A stretch of DNA of 64,000 bases, taken from the NCBI GenBank assembly GCA_947304585.1, contig CAMZBI010000003.1:34811-98810 (forward strand), read 5' to 3'. Source of the stretch: an uncultured Clostridia bacterium. GTDB lineage: Bacteria > Bacillota > Clostridia > UBA1212. The notes beneath the pieces are model-generated. The model was not told where the DNA came from and made no database searches. It saw only the letters and a list, made by a program, of their open reading frames with translations. Made by a program: the position numbers and the translations under genes. Below are positions 33,356 through 43,016 of the stretch, in pieces. Numbering within the stretch: position 1 is the stretch's first letter; the number at the start of each line of letters is the position of its first letter.

Positions 33356-35206
33356 ATGATGGAACGCGAAAACTGGGTAAAAGAGTTTACCGACAGGTAC
33401 GTCCGGCATGAGGACGAACTTAAATGGCTTTACTGTGAATTGTATCACAATGACATGGGTGCATATCGCTATTTTGTCGACATGCTCTATCGGGCGTATG
33501 AAGCGCGTCCGGAGTCGTTGAAAAATATGGATCGTGCGCGGGAGGAATACCCGGATTGGTACCGGGGTCATGATCTTGTCGGCATGTTGATGTACGTCAA
33601 CGCTTTTGCCGGCACGTTGAACGGGGTGAAAGAAAAGATCGATTACATCACCGATTGCGGCGTGAACTATCTTCATCTGATGCCTCTCTTGGAAAGTCCC
33701 AAGGGCAGAAGCGACGGAGGTTACGCGGTCAGCAATTTCCGGAAGGTTCAGCCTGAGCTCGGAACGATGGACGATCTTTTCGCACTGTCAGAAGCTTGTC
33801 ATGAGCGCGGCATTGCGGTTTGTCTCGACTTTGTCATGAACCATACCAGCGAGGACCACGAATGGGCCAGGCGTGCGCGTGCCGGCGAAAAGGAATACCA
33901 GGACCGGTATTTCTTCTACGACAATTGGGAGATCCCGAATGCCTACGAGCAGACAGTGCCTCAGGTGTTTCCTACAACTGCGCCCGGCAACTTTACCTGG
34001 TGCGAAGAGGCGAAGAAGGTTGTCATGACCACGTTCTATCCGTATCAATGGGATCTTAATTACACAAATCCTACCGTATTCAACGACATGACGGATGATA
34101 TGTTGAATCTATGTAACCACGGCATTGATATTATCCGTCTTGATGCGGTTCCTTATATCTGGAAAGCCCTTGGCACCAAGTGCCGCAATCTTAAAGAGGT
34201 CCATACTCTCGTACGCATCATGCGCATGGTGTGCGAGATCGTCTGCCCGGGTACGCTTCTGCTGGGCGAGGTGGTCATGGAGCCAAGTAAAGTTGATCCG
34301 TATTTCGGCACAGTCGAAAAACCTGAGTGTCATTTGCTTTATAACGTAACCACAATGGCATCCATTTGGCACACGGTCGCGACGAAAGACGTAAGGCTCC
34401 TAAAGCATCAAATGGAACAGGTTTTCTCGCTTCCGAAACAGTACACGTTCCTGAACTACCTCAGGTGCCACGACGATATCGGCTGGGGCCTGGATTATGA
34501 ATTCCTCAAGTGGTTCGGGCAAGAGGAAATTCCCCACAAAAAGTATCTCAATGACTATCTGACCGGAAAATGGGAAGGAAGCTTCGCTCGCGGAGAGCTT
34601 TACAACGACGATCCGAGGCTTGGCGATGCTCGGCTGTGCGGTACGACCGCGTCGCTCTGCGGAATCGAAGCAGCTGAGAAGATTGGGGACAAGGATGCAC
34701 TTGCCAATGCTATCCGCCGCGATACCATGCTCCATGCTCTGATGTTTACCATGAGCGGAGTTCCGGTGCTTTACAGCGGCGACGAGATCGCCCAGGAGAA
34801 TGACTACGGCTACCACGACGATTCGTTGAAATATGAAGACAGCCGCTATCTGCACCGTGGCAGTCTGGACTGGGAAAAAGCTGCCCGCAGAACTGACGTT
34901 AACTCCACTGAGGGCAAGGTGTTCCAATCAATCAAGCGTCAGGAGGATATACGGGCAGCTTACCGCGTATTCGATGATTCGGCGGATATGTGGGTTCTCG
35001 ACACGCAAAATGATCATATTCTCGGAATCGGACGGTATTATCAGAAAGAAAAACTGCTGGCGCTTTTCAACTTTTCCGATGAACCGCAGGTTGCCTGGGT
35101 ACGCGATCTTTCGATGTACACGGATCTGATTACAGGCGAACAGCGCGATGCAGGAGCAGTTACGCTGCCTGCCGGCGGATTTATCTGGCTGCATCAAACG
35201 TTTTGA
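33356..35206 (+). CDS. Amylosucrase / sucrose hydrolase (GH13_4-like)
   Basis: LHLMPL, DGGYAVS, LDFVMNHTS.DHEWA, RLDAVPYIWK (nucleophile), LLGEVV (acid/base), RCHDDIGWG, RLCGTTASL. Confidence 0.88.
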   Translation: MMERENWVKEFTDRYVRHEDELKWLYCELYHNDMGAYRYFVDMLYRAYEARPESLKNMDRAREEYPDWYRGHDLVGMLMYVNAFAGTLNGVKEKIDYITDCGVNYLHLMPLLESPKGRSDGGYAVSNFRKVQPELGTMDDLFALSEACHERGIAVCLDFVMNHTSEDHEWARRARAGEKEYQDRYFFYDNWEIPNAYEQTVPQVFPTTAPGNFTWCEEAKKVVMTTFYPYQWDLNYTNPTVFNDMTDDMLNLCNHGIDIIRLDAVPYIWKALGTKCRNLKEVHTLVRIMRMVCEIVCPGTLLLGEVVMEPSKVDPYFGTVEKPECHLLYNVTTMASIWHTVATKDVRLLKHQMEQVFSLPKQYTFLNYLRCHDDIGWGLDYEFLKWFGQEEIPHKKYLNDYLTGKWEGSFARGELYNDDPRLGDARLCGTTASLCGIEAAEKIGDKDALANAIRRDTMLHALMFTMSGVPVLYSGDEIAQENDYGYHDDSLKYEDSRYLHRGSLDWEKAARRTDVNSTEGKVFQSIKRQEDIRAAYRVFDDSADMWVLDTQNDHILGIGRYYQKEKLLALFNFSDEPQVAWVRDLSMYTDLITGEQRDAGAVTLPAGGFIWLHQTF

Positions 35207-35219
35207 ACGGAGGAAACTA

Positions 35220-36044
35220 ATGAATCAAAAGCTGATTTTTCTGGATATTGACGGCACGTTGACTCCTGCGGGCAGCAACACACCTCCCGAAAGCGCCATG
35301 CGCGCGATCAGGGCGGCTCAGAAGAACGGTCACAAGGTTTTTCTTTGTACAGGTCGCAACCCTGCAATGCTGGCACCGGTATTGGCGCTTGGATTTGAGG
35401 GCGCTGTAGCTGCTGCGGGCGGATATGTGTTTGCGGGTGATCGAGTGTTATTCGATTGTCCGATGACAAAGGAACAGTTCGAAACGGGCATGCGGCTTTT
35501 GAAAGAGAACGGAGTGTTCCGTACCATTGAAGCCAAAGATGCTACCTGGGGTGACGAGGATCTTGGCGATTTTCTTTCAAGTGCAGACGAAGTAAACAGT
35601 GAACTTGTTCGTTGGAGAAAGGCGCTTGCCGAGGATTTAAACATTCTACCGATGAGCGAATACGACGGACGGCCTGTTTATAAAATAGTGTTCATGTGTA
35701 CTGATGCGAGTCAGCTTGTGCCTGCACGGGAGGCGCTTGAGAAGGATTACAAGTTCGTTGTACAGAATTTGGAGGCACGTCATTGTCTAAACGGCGAGCT
35801 CATTAACAGGAAATTCGACAAGGGCAAAGGCGTTCGTATAGTGGCGGACACGTATGGAATCGCGATTGAAGATACGATTGGGTTTGGCGACAGCATGAAC
35901 GATTTGGAGATGATCGAAACCGTCGGGACATCCGTTTGCATGGACAACGGCAGCACGACACTAAAGGAAATGAGCGATATAGTTTGCCCGGCTGTGGATG
36001 CGGACGGACTTGCCATTGCGTTTGAACAACTGGGACTGATATAA
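35220..36044 (+). CDS. Cof-type HAD-IIB phosphatase
   Basis: FLDIDGTL, CTGR, DKGKG, FGDSMNDLEM; GGAGG RBS before ATG 35220. Confidence 0.9.
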   Translation: MNQKLIFLDIDGTLTPAGSNTPPESAMRAIRAAQKNGHKVFLCTGRNPAMLAPVLALGFEGAVAAAGGYVFAGDRVLFDCPMTKEQFETGMRLLKENGVFRTIEAKDATWGDEDLGDFLSSADEVNSELVRWRKALAEDLNILPMSEYDGRPVYKIVFMCTDASQLVPAREALEKDYKFVVQNLEARHCLNGELINRKFDKGKGVRIVADTYGIAIEDTIGFGDSMNDLEMIETVGTSVCMDNGSTTLKEMSDIVCPAVDADGLAIAFEQLGLI

Positions 36045-36076
36045 AATAAGTGGACCGGTTTTGTGCAAGTCCTCTC

Positions 36077-36376
36077 TTAACTCAAACCATCGCGGACCGC
36101 AAACCGCCGTTCCGAAGGATCCGGATCGATCTCGGTGACCGTGTAATGCGAAATATGGATTGGCGGATGGCTTTTCAGTTGCATAAGGAATCGCCTCAGA
36201 TTTGAAACGGCGCCTTGAACTTCCGCATCAACGCGTCCGTCGGAAAGATTGCGGACCCAACCGGTAAGTCCAAGCCTCTTCGCAATAAGCATTGCGGTAT
36301 ATCGAAAGCCTACAAACTGAACGTCGCCTTCGAAAATAATATGCCAACGGACGCAGTTGCCTGTTCGTTCTCCCAT
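36077..36376 (-). CDS. acyP: Acylphosphatase
   Basis: GDVQFVGFRY (catalytic Arg), GLTGWVRN (catalytic Asn), GRVDAEVQG. Confidence 0.85.
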   Translation of the reverse strand: MGERTGNCVRWHIIFEGDVQFVGFRYTAMLIAKRLGLTGWVRNLSDGRVDAEVQGAVSNLRRFLMQLKSHPPIHISHYTVTEIDPDPSERRFAVRDGLS

Positions 36377-36551
36377 ATGTCGCTCCTTTCTTTTTTAAGT
36401 ATAGCATGGTCTGTAAAAAAAGGAAAGAAAAAGCAGGAAAACTGACTTTTACCGAATAAAAGGAAATAATGATTGCGTTTTGTGTAAACATACGATAAAA
36501 TTGAAAAAAAACGGGCATTGCCCAAAATCAACAAAAAAGGTGGTATAGTAT

Positions 36552-38387
36552 ATGGCATTGGATTACCGCAAGTGCGCTGAAGAGATCGCCAAACTGATAG
36601 GCGGCGGCAGTAATGTCATCAGCGCGGCACACTGCGCGACCCGGCTTCGATTGGTTATCGCAGACAACAGTAAAATTGACAAGAAAGCCTTGGAAGAGGT
36701 CGAAGGTGTCAAGGGCATGTTCGAGTCGAACGGTCAGCTGCAGCTGATCATTGGAACAGGTACTGTCAACAAGGTGTACGATGAATTCCTCGCCGTCACC
36801 GGAGTATCTGCCGCATCGAAGGCGGACGTCAAAGCCGCCGCAGCATCAAAGATGCCCTGGTGGAAGAAGATATTAAAGACACCCGGCGATATCTTTGTTC
36901 CAATCCTGCCCGCGATCGTTGCATCCGGTCTGATGATGGGTATCGTCGAAGCGATCCCGAAGTTCTGGCCGGCGTTTGGAGAGACCGACTGGTTCTCTTT
37001 CCTTGATCTGGTTGCGAACACCGCATTCGCACTGCTGCCCGTTCTTGTTGCGATTTCCGCCGCACGCGTATTCGGCGGCAACGTTTTCCTTGGCGCAGTC
37101 ATAGGTCTGATGATGGTTCACCCGAGTCTTTTGAACGCATGGGGGGTCGGTACCGCCGAAACGATACCGACATGGAATATTTTCTTCTATCCGATACAAC
37201 AGGTCGGTTATCAGGGACACGTCATACCGGTCATATTGGCAGTTCTGCTCATGTCATATTTGGAGAAACTGCTGCATAAGATCGTTCCTGAAATGATAGA
37301 CCTGTTTGTGACGCCGCTGGTCACCGTTCTGGTTACCGCATTTGCCACGTTCACGATCATCGGTCCGGTATTCTCTATTCTTGAAAACTACGTGCTGAAA
37401 GGCGCAGAGTGGCTGGCAGGTACTCCCTGGGGCGCGACGATCATGGGCGCGATCTACCCATGGACGGTATTCCTGGGACTCCATCATATGTATAATGTCA
37501 TTGAAGCGGGCATGATCGCCCAGACAGGTCTCAACACCTGGATGCCGATCGCGTCTGCGGCTAACTTCGCACAGTTTGGCGCATGCCTTGCGGTTGCTAT
37601 CAAAGTAAAAAACAAAAAAACCAAATCTGTAGCGCTTCCCGCATCACTGTCTGCATCACTTGGAATCACTGAGCCTGCAATCTTCGGTGTTAATTATCGC
37701 TTCATGAAGCCTTTCCTCTGCGGTATGGCCGGCGGAGCTGTCGGTGCACTTTTCGGTGCACTGTTTAAACTTGGCGCACCGGTTTACGGTGTTACCGGCA
37801 TTCCGGCAATTCCTGCGGTCAACAACATTCCGCTGTATCTTGTTGAACTTCTGATCTCGGCCGGCGTCGCGTTTGCACTTACTTTAATAATCTGGAAGGA
37901 AGAGAAGCCGAAGGAAGAGGCCGCTCCCGTACCCGCAGTAGAGCAGGAACTTCCGACTGTTTCAGTCATCCGATGCGCATCGGGTTCTATAATGCAACCT
38001 GTCAAAGGCAATGTCATCGCCCGCGAAGCGATTCCTGACGATACGTTCGCTTCAGGTGTGCTTGGCGACGGCATTGGCGTTGAGCCGGAGGATGAACTTG
38101 TCGTAGCACCCTTTGACGGCAAGATCAGCTCGGTCGCAGAGAGCAAGCATGCCATTGGCATCGAGGGCAACGGAATGGAGCTTTTGATCCATGTAGGTGT
38201 AGATACCGTCAACATGCAGGGTGATGGCTTCGAGTGTCTTGTTCAAGAGGGCGATGAAGTCAAACTCGGTCAGCCTTTGATCCGTTTCAGCCGCGAGAAG
38301 ATCAAGGCAGCGGGTTACAGCGATACTGTTGCAGTTATGCTCACCAATTCCGACGACCTCGAAGGCGTCGAGTGCGGTGTTAAATAA
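36552..38387 (+). CDS. PTS EIIBCA, sucrose/trehalose/beta-glucoside subfamily (ScrA/TreP-like)
   Basis: IIB HCATRLR; IIC GYQGHVIPV, GLHH, GITEPAIFGV; IIA SGVLGDG, KHAIG, LIHVGVDTV. Confidence 0.9.
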   Translation: MALDYRKCAEEIAKLIGGGSNVISAAHCATRLRLVIADNSKIDKKALEEVEGVKGMFESNGQLQLIIGTGTVNKVYDEFLAVTGVSAASKADVKAAAASKMPWWKKILKTPGDIFVPILPAIVASGLMMGIVEAIPKFWPAFGETDWFSFLDLVANTAFALLPVLVAISAARVFGGNVFLGAVIGLMMVHPSLLNAWGVGTAETIPTWNIFFYPIQQVGYQGHVIPVILAVLLMSYLEKLLHKIVPEMIDLFVTPLVTVLVTAFATFTIIGPVFSILENYVLKGAEWLAGTPWGATIMGAIYPWTVFLGLHHMYNVIEAGMIAQTGLNTWMPIASAANFAQFGACLAVAIKVKNKKTKSVALPASLSASLGITEPAIFGVNYRFMKPFLCGMAGGAVGALFGALFKLGAPVYGVTGIPAIPAVNNIPLYLVELLISAGVAFALTLIIWKEEKPKEEAAPVPAVEQELPTVSVIRCASGSIMQPVKGNVIAREAIPDDTFASGVLGDGIGVEPEDELVVAPFDGKISSVAESKHAIGIEGNGMELLIHVGVDTVNMQGDGFECLVQEGDEVKLGQPLIRFSREKIKAAGYSDTVAVMLTNSDDLEGVECGVK

Positions 38388-38412
38388 AAAACCATATCAG
38401 GAGGATAATCAA

Positions 38413-38670
38413 ATGAAGTCTTTTGAATACACCATTACAGATCCGGTCGGTATCCATGCCCGTCCGGCAGGCGTTCTCGTCAAGGAAATCAAAAAGTTTG
38501 TCTCGACCGTCACCGTTAATAAAGGTGAAAAGTCCGTCAATGCGCTTAAACTGATGGCTCTGATGGGCATGGGCATCAAGCAGGGAGACACGATTCGTAT
38601 TGACGTCGAAGGCGCAGATGAAGATAACGCTGCTGCTGAGATCGAAGCATTCTTCAAAGCAAACCTGTAA
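38413..38670 (+). CDS. ptsH: Phosphocarrier protein HPr
   Basis: GIHARPA with His15 in register; position 46 is Lys, not Ser. Confidence 0.9.
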   Translation: MKSFEYTITDPVGIHARPAGVLVKEIKKFVSTVTVNKGEKSVNALKLMALMGMGIKQGDTIRIDVEGADEDNAAAEIEAFFKANL

Positions 38671-38681
38671 GCATTTTAAAG

Positions 38682-38710
38682 AGACGGCTGTCAAAACGGC
38701 AGCCGTCTTT
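38682..38710 (+). terminator. Intrinsic terminator/attenuator between ptsH and ptsI
   Basis: AGACGGCTG/CAGCCGTCT stem plus TTT. Confidence 0.6.
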
Positions 38711-38735
38711 GTGCATATAAATCACGGAGGTTAAT

Positions 38736-40418
38736 ATGATCACAATTCAAGGCAAGGGTGTCAGTACCGGCGTTGCGGTCGGCCCCCTGTATTTCTATCA
38801 TCGTGCCAAGAGCACCGTATCCCGCTATGAAGTGACGGATACCGATGCAGAGTGGGCACGTTTCAAGACTGCACAGGAGAGGGCGGTAAAAGAGCTCGGC
38901 GATCTCGCAGAAAAGGCCCGTAAAGAAGCAGGTGAAGAAGCGGCACTGCTTTTTGAAACCCATGCAATGATGGCTGAAGATCTGGAATTTGAAGAGAACA
39001 TCCAGTCTTTGATCCATGACAAAAAGCTGAATGCGGAAGCTGCTGTGTCAGATACTGCAGCACAGTTTGCAGAGATGTTCGCCATGATGGACGATGCTTA
39101 TTTCCAGGCACGTGCAGCGGATGTCAAGGATGTCGCAGAACGTATTCTCGGCATTCTGACCGGTGCAGTGCAGGGCGGTGTGGATTCACCTGTTCCGGTC
39201 ATCCTCGCAGCAGACGATCTTGCGCCAAGCGAGACTGTTCAGCTTGACAAGAGCAAGATTCTCGGTTTCATTACCGAGGGCGGCAGCGGATCAAGCCATA
39301 CTGCTATCCTTGCACGTACTATGGGAATCCCTGCTATCATTGGCGTTGGCGACGCGATGAAGCCTGAATATGCGGGCCATGAGGTCATCATAGACGGTTC
39401 GAACGGCAGTATTCTTGTGGACGCAGACGAAGCTGCTCGCGCGAAGATGCTGAAAAAGATGGAAGAACAGAAGAAGACTCAGGCTCTCCTTGATGAGTTC
39501 AAGGGCAAGCCAAACGTTACAAAAGACGGGCAAAGCATTCGCATCTACTGCAATATCGGAAGCCCTGACGACGTGACGGCAGTTCTCAAAAATGACGCAG
39601 GCGGCGTTGGCCTCTTCCGCAGCGAATTCCTTTATTTGAACTGCGACGATTATCCGGACGAGGATTACCAGTTCGAAGCTTACAAGCTGGCGCTTTCCAA
39701 CATGGAAGGCAGGGAAGTCATTATCCGGACCCTGGATATCGGCGCCGACAAACAGATTGCATATTTTAACATGCCTAAGGAAGAGAACCCTGCGCTCGGC
39801 AACCGTGCGCTCCGTATCTGTCTGAACCGGCCGGAGATTTTCCATACTCAGCTCCGAGCTCTTTACCGTGCATCCGCATTCGGCAAGCTTGGCATCATGT
39901 TCCCTATGGTCACCTCTGTCTGGGAAGTCCGTGAGGCTAAGAAGATGTGCGAATTAGTCAAAAAGGAACTTACAAATGAAGGTATTCCCTTCGATGAAGA
40001 CGTTGAAGTTGGTATCATGATCGAAACGCCTGCCGCTGCGATAATTTCCGACCGCCTTGCCAAGGAAGTCGACTTCTTCTCCTGCGGCACCAACGACCTT
40101 ACGCAGTACACGTTGGCGTGCGACCGCCAGAACAATGATCTCGGACGCTTCTTCAATCCACATCATACCGCTGTGCTGCGCCTTCTCAAAATGGTTTGCG
40201 ACAATGCTCATAAAAACGGAATTTGGGTCGGTATCTGCGGCGAGCTTGGCGCAGATCTCTCTCTGACCGAAACGTTCCTTTCTATCGGCATCGATGAACT
40301 GTCCGTATCCCCGCGTTCAGTGCTGCCCCTCAGACAGAAAGTGCGTGATATCGACGTACGTGTCGTGCGCGAAAAGATACTCACGGACCTCATGGGCGAT
40401 ACGATCGGTGAGATCTGA
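38736..40418 (+). CDS. ptsI: PTS enzyme I
   Basis: GSSHTAILAR (phospho-His), GLFRSEF, RTLDIGADK, MFPMV, MIETP, GTNDLTQY, GICGE. Confidence 0.96.
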   Translation: MITIQGKGVSTGVAVGPLYFYHRAKSTVSRYEVTDTDAEWARFKTAQERAVKELGDLAEKARKEAGEEAALLFETHAMMAEDLEFEENIQSLIHDKKLNAEAAVSDTAAQFAEMFAMMDDAYFQARAADVKDVAERILGILTGAVQGGVDSPVPVILAADDLAPSETVQLDKSKILGFITEGGSGSSHTAILARTMGIPAIIGVGDAMKPEYAGHEVIIDGSNGSILVDADEAARAKMLKKMEEQKKTQALLDEFKGKPNVTKDGQSIRIYCNIGSPDDVTAVLKNDAGGVGLFRSEFLYLNCDDYPDEDYQFEAYKLALSNMEGREVIIRTLDIGADKQIAYFNMPKEENPALGNRALRICLNRPEIFHTQLRALYRASAFGKLGIMFPMVTSVWEVREAKKMCELVKKELTNEGIPFDEDVEVGIMIETPAAAIISDRLAKEVDFFSCGTNDLTQYTLACDRQNNDLGRFFNPHHTAVLRLLKMVCDNAHKNGIWVGICGELGADLSLTETFLSIGIDELSVSPRSVLPLRQKVRDIDVRVVREKILTDLMGDTIGEI

Positions 40419-40463
40419 CCTGATTGTTTACAGGAGGAAACAATCCTCATAATGACGCCAATG

Positions 40464-40498
40464 ACCGGATCCAATCTTTTAACGGGTCCGGTTTTTTT
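40464..40498 (+). terminator. Intrinsic terminator following the displaced tRNA 3' end
   Basis: ACCGGATC/GGTCCGGT stem plus T7. Confidence 0.7.
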
Positions 40499-40593
40499 GT
40501 GGAATAACCACACCTCTATGTAGTATAATATGGGTGATTGATTATTTGGCGTTTGAAACGACAGAAAATAATAATAGTTCAGGGAGTGATTTT

Positions 40594-41166
40594 GTGAAAA
40601 TACTGTTCATCGGCAACAGCTACACCTTTTATAACGACATGCCAATGATATTCCGCGACCTTTGCGCTAAAAACGGTTTTGAAGCGGAAGTCATGAGCGT
40701 GACCCAGGGAGGGTATACCATTGCCCATTACGTATCTAACGAAAACGAGCAGGGGAGAAGGGCGAAAGAGATTCTCAAAACCCATAAATTTGACTACGTT
40801 GTCCTGCAGGAGCAGAGCGTAAGGCCTGCTGCGAACCCGGAAACATTTCTTGAGAGTGTAAGAAAGTTTATGCCTTATATCAGGGAAAACGGTGCGGTGC
40901 CTGTGTTTTATCAGACCTGGGGACGGCCGGACAAGACGCCTATCCTTGCCCAATACGGCTGGACTCACGAAACCATGCAAGCGCTGCTAAAAGATGCATA
41001 TACGAAAGCTGCGGCAGAGAATAACGGAATACTGGTTCCCGCTGGGGACAGGCTGTCCGAGGGCTACAGAGCGGGCCTTGACGTTTACAGCGACGAGGGC
41101 GGCCATCCGTCACTTCTCGGTTCGCAGATAATCGCCAAAGCCTTCTATGACACACTGATTAAATAA
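40594..41166 (+). CDS. SGNH/GDSL-like hydrolase (DUF4886-like)
   Basis: ILFIGNSYT, VVLQEQS, DEGGHPS; GGGAG RBS before GTG 40594 (track start 40534). Confidence 0.78.
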   Translation: MKILFIGNSYTFYNDMPMIFRDLCAKNGFEAEVMSVTQGGYTIAHYVSNENEQGRRAKEILKTHKFDYVVLQEQSVRPAANPETFLESVRKFMPYIRENGAVPVFYQTWGRPDKTPILAQYGWTHETMQALLKDAYTKAAAENNGILVPAGDRLSEGYRAGLDVYSDEGGHPSLLGSQIIAKAFYDTLIK

Positions 41167-41170
41167 AACT

Positions 41171-42940
41171 ATGATCGCAAGAAGAATTATAATCGGAATA
41201 CTGTTTATACTTTTTATACTCCTGCTGGAACTTTCTTCAAATACTCTTTGGGGCGTGTTCCTGGCAGGGGCCGTGTTTGCAGGTTTTATACTTTTCACCG
41301 AAATCGGCGTATCAAAAGGGCGGCCCTTTGTCGCAGTGATCTCCTGGGTGATCTTTTTGGTGGCGCTGGTGCTTGTGTATATAGTCTCCTATCCGCCTGT
41401 GAAGCGTGTTAAAGCATTTGAGGGCAGCAAAGTAAAAACTGACGTTGTTGAGATCTCAGACGGAAAAGTTACAGGAGTAGTCAACAAAGATGGCACCTGC
41501 GAGCTTTTTGCAGGCATCCCCTACGCCAAGGCACCGGTTGGCGATCTTCGCTGGAAAGAGCCTCAGGACCCCGACAAGTGGGACGGAGTGCGTGAATGCG
41601 ATACTTTTGCGCCAATGTCAATGCAACCCAGAAACCCAAGCATCTATTACAGCCTTGCCCAGATAATCGGTTTCCACGATTACAAATGGTTCGATTTTTC
41701 CGACAACTATATGCCGGAAGTATCTGAGGACGCTCTCTATGTCAACCTGTGGAGACCGACCGGTGCGAAAGTGGGCGATAAGCTTCCTGTCCTTGTCTAC
41801 ATTCACGGTGGATCCCTTCAGACAGGTCAGCCCTGGTATGAGGATTACAGAGGAGAAAACCTTGTAAAAGACGGAATCATCGTTGTGAACATGGGCTACA
41901 GACTTGGAGTATACGGCTTCCTTGCACTCGATGAACTTGCAAATGAATCCCCAAGCGGCACCACCGGCAACTACGGACTTCTAGACCAAATCAAGGCACT
42001 TGAGTGGGTCAGGGACAACGTCGGATATTTTGGCGGTGATCCCGACAACGTTACATTGGCGGGAGAATCAGCGGGAGCTGCATGCGTCAGCGCACTCTCC
42101 GTGTCACCCCTTGCCAAGGGACTGTTTAAAAGGACTGTGCTTGAAAGCTCAACGGTAGCGCCAATAAATCCCCCGCATTCCTTCAGACTCCTTGACGAGG
42201 CATTGTCTTCCGGGAGGAGGGCGATGGAAAAGGTTGGCGCCGGAAGTATTTCTGACCTAAGAGCTCTTCCCGCAAAAGCACTCACAGGCCTATACACATC
42301 CGAGCATCACATCACAGTCGACGGCTACGTTCTGCCGGATACACCGTATAATCTATACAAGAAGGGCGAATATAACGAAGAGGCGATCTTCCACGGTTTC
42401 AACAAAGAGGAAAGCGCCGCCTTTATAATGTTTACAAAGACCGATATAGAGAGTTTCAGAAGAAAAGTGAAGGATTACTTCGGAGATCTTGCGGACGATG
42501 TGTTTGCGGTATACGATCCTTCTGACGATGCAGAGGCGGACACCATGTGGTCCGAGATCTACGGAGCGGTGTTCTTTGATTATCCCCATTACTGTCTAAA
42601 CAGACTGGCAGTCGAAAACGGGATTCCGGTCCACGAGTATTTATTTTCAAAAACCAACGGGAGACTTGGATGCTGGCACAGCGGTGAAGAGGTCTACTTG
42701 TACGCCAATATCCCCTCAGACTCTAAACTTTATGATGCCAATGACAGAGAAGTTATGGACAAAATGTCACGTGCACTGCTCGATTTTGTTAAATACGGTG
42801 ACTGTTCGTTGACTCTTAAGGAATGGAAACAAAACACAGATTCAATATCTTATATGAATTTCGGTGATGAAATAAAGATGATCACAGAATCCGAGAGAAA
42901 GCAGGCGCTTTATAAAATACTGGATGAAATGAACAGTTAA
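41171..42940 (+). CDS. Type-B carboxylesterase with N-terminal TM anchor
   Basis: GIPYA, SEDALYVNLW, IHGGS, YRLG, GESAG (Ser), FNKEES (Glu), WHSGE (His). Confidence 0.9.
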   Translation: MIARRIIIGILFILFILLLELSSNTLWGVFLAGAVFAGFILFTEIGVSKGRPFVAVISWVIFLVALVLVYIVSYPPVKRVKAFEGSKVKTDVVEISDGKVTGVVNKDGTCELFAGIPYAKAPVGDLRWKEPQDPDKWDGVRECDTFAPMSMQPRNPSIYYSLAQIIGFHDYKWFDFSDNYMPEVSEDALYVNLWRPTGAKVGDKLPVLVYIHGGSLQTGQPWYEDYRGENLVKDGIIVVNMGYRLGVYGFLALDELANESPSGTTGNYGLLDQIKALEWVRDNVGYFGGDPDNVTLAGESAGAACVSALSVSPLAKGLFKRTVLESSTVAPINPPHSFRLLDEALSSGRRAMEKVGAGSISDLRALPAKALTGLYTSEHHITVDGYVLPDTPYNLYKKGEYNEEAIFHGFNKEESAAFIMFTKTDIESFRRKVKDYFGDLADDVFAVYDPSDDAEADTMWSEIYGAVFFDYPHYCLNRLAVENGIPVHEYLFSKTNGRLGCWHSGEEVYLYANIPSDSKLYDANDREVMDKMSRALLDFVKYGDCSLTLKEWKQNTDSISYMNFGDEIKMITESERKQALYKILDEMNS

Positions 42941-42978
42941 CAGCAGAAAGTGAACAGTTGTAGTGCGGTCAAAGCCGC
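42928..42978 (+). repeat. Heptamer array E overlapping the esterase stop codon
   Basis: aatgaac agttaac agcagaa agtgaac agttgta gtgcggt, then GCGG-tcaaag-CCGC mini-hairpin. Confidence 0.7.
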
Positions 42979-43016
42979 AAGTAATAGAATTTATCTAAAA
43001 TTAGGAGAAAATTATC

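Larger units (their letters stand above)
33152..40462. mobile_element. Integrase-less genomic island (relic) at the tRNA-Arg(CCT) 3' end carrying a sugar-PTS cluster
   Basis: Direct repeat AATCCTCTTAGTGACGCCAAT (33152-33172) vs AATCCTCATAATGACGCCAAT (40442-40462), 19/21. Both copies are followed by CCGGA...TCCGGTTTTT terminators. Arg codons inside look CGN-rich, versus AGA/AGG in the flanks (judged by eye). Confidence 0.78.

Noticed and set aside
36470-36500. LacI/cre operator upstream of the PTS gene
   Set aside because: Only weak partial symmetry (TGTAAACATACG), and no regulator in the island.
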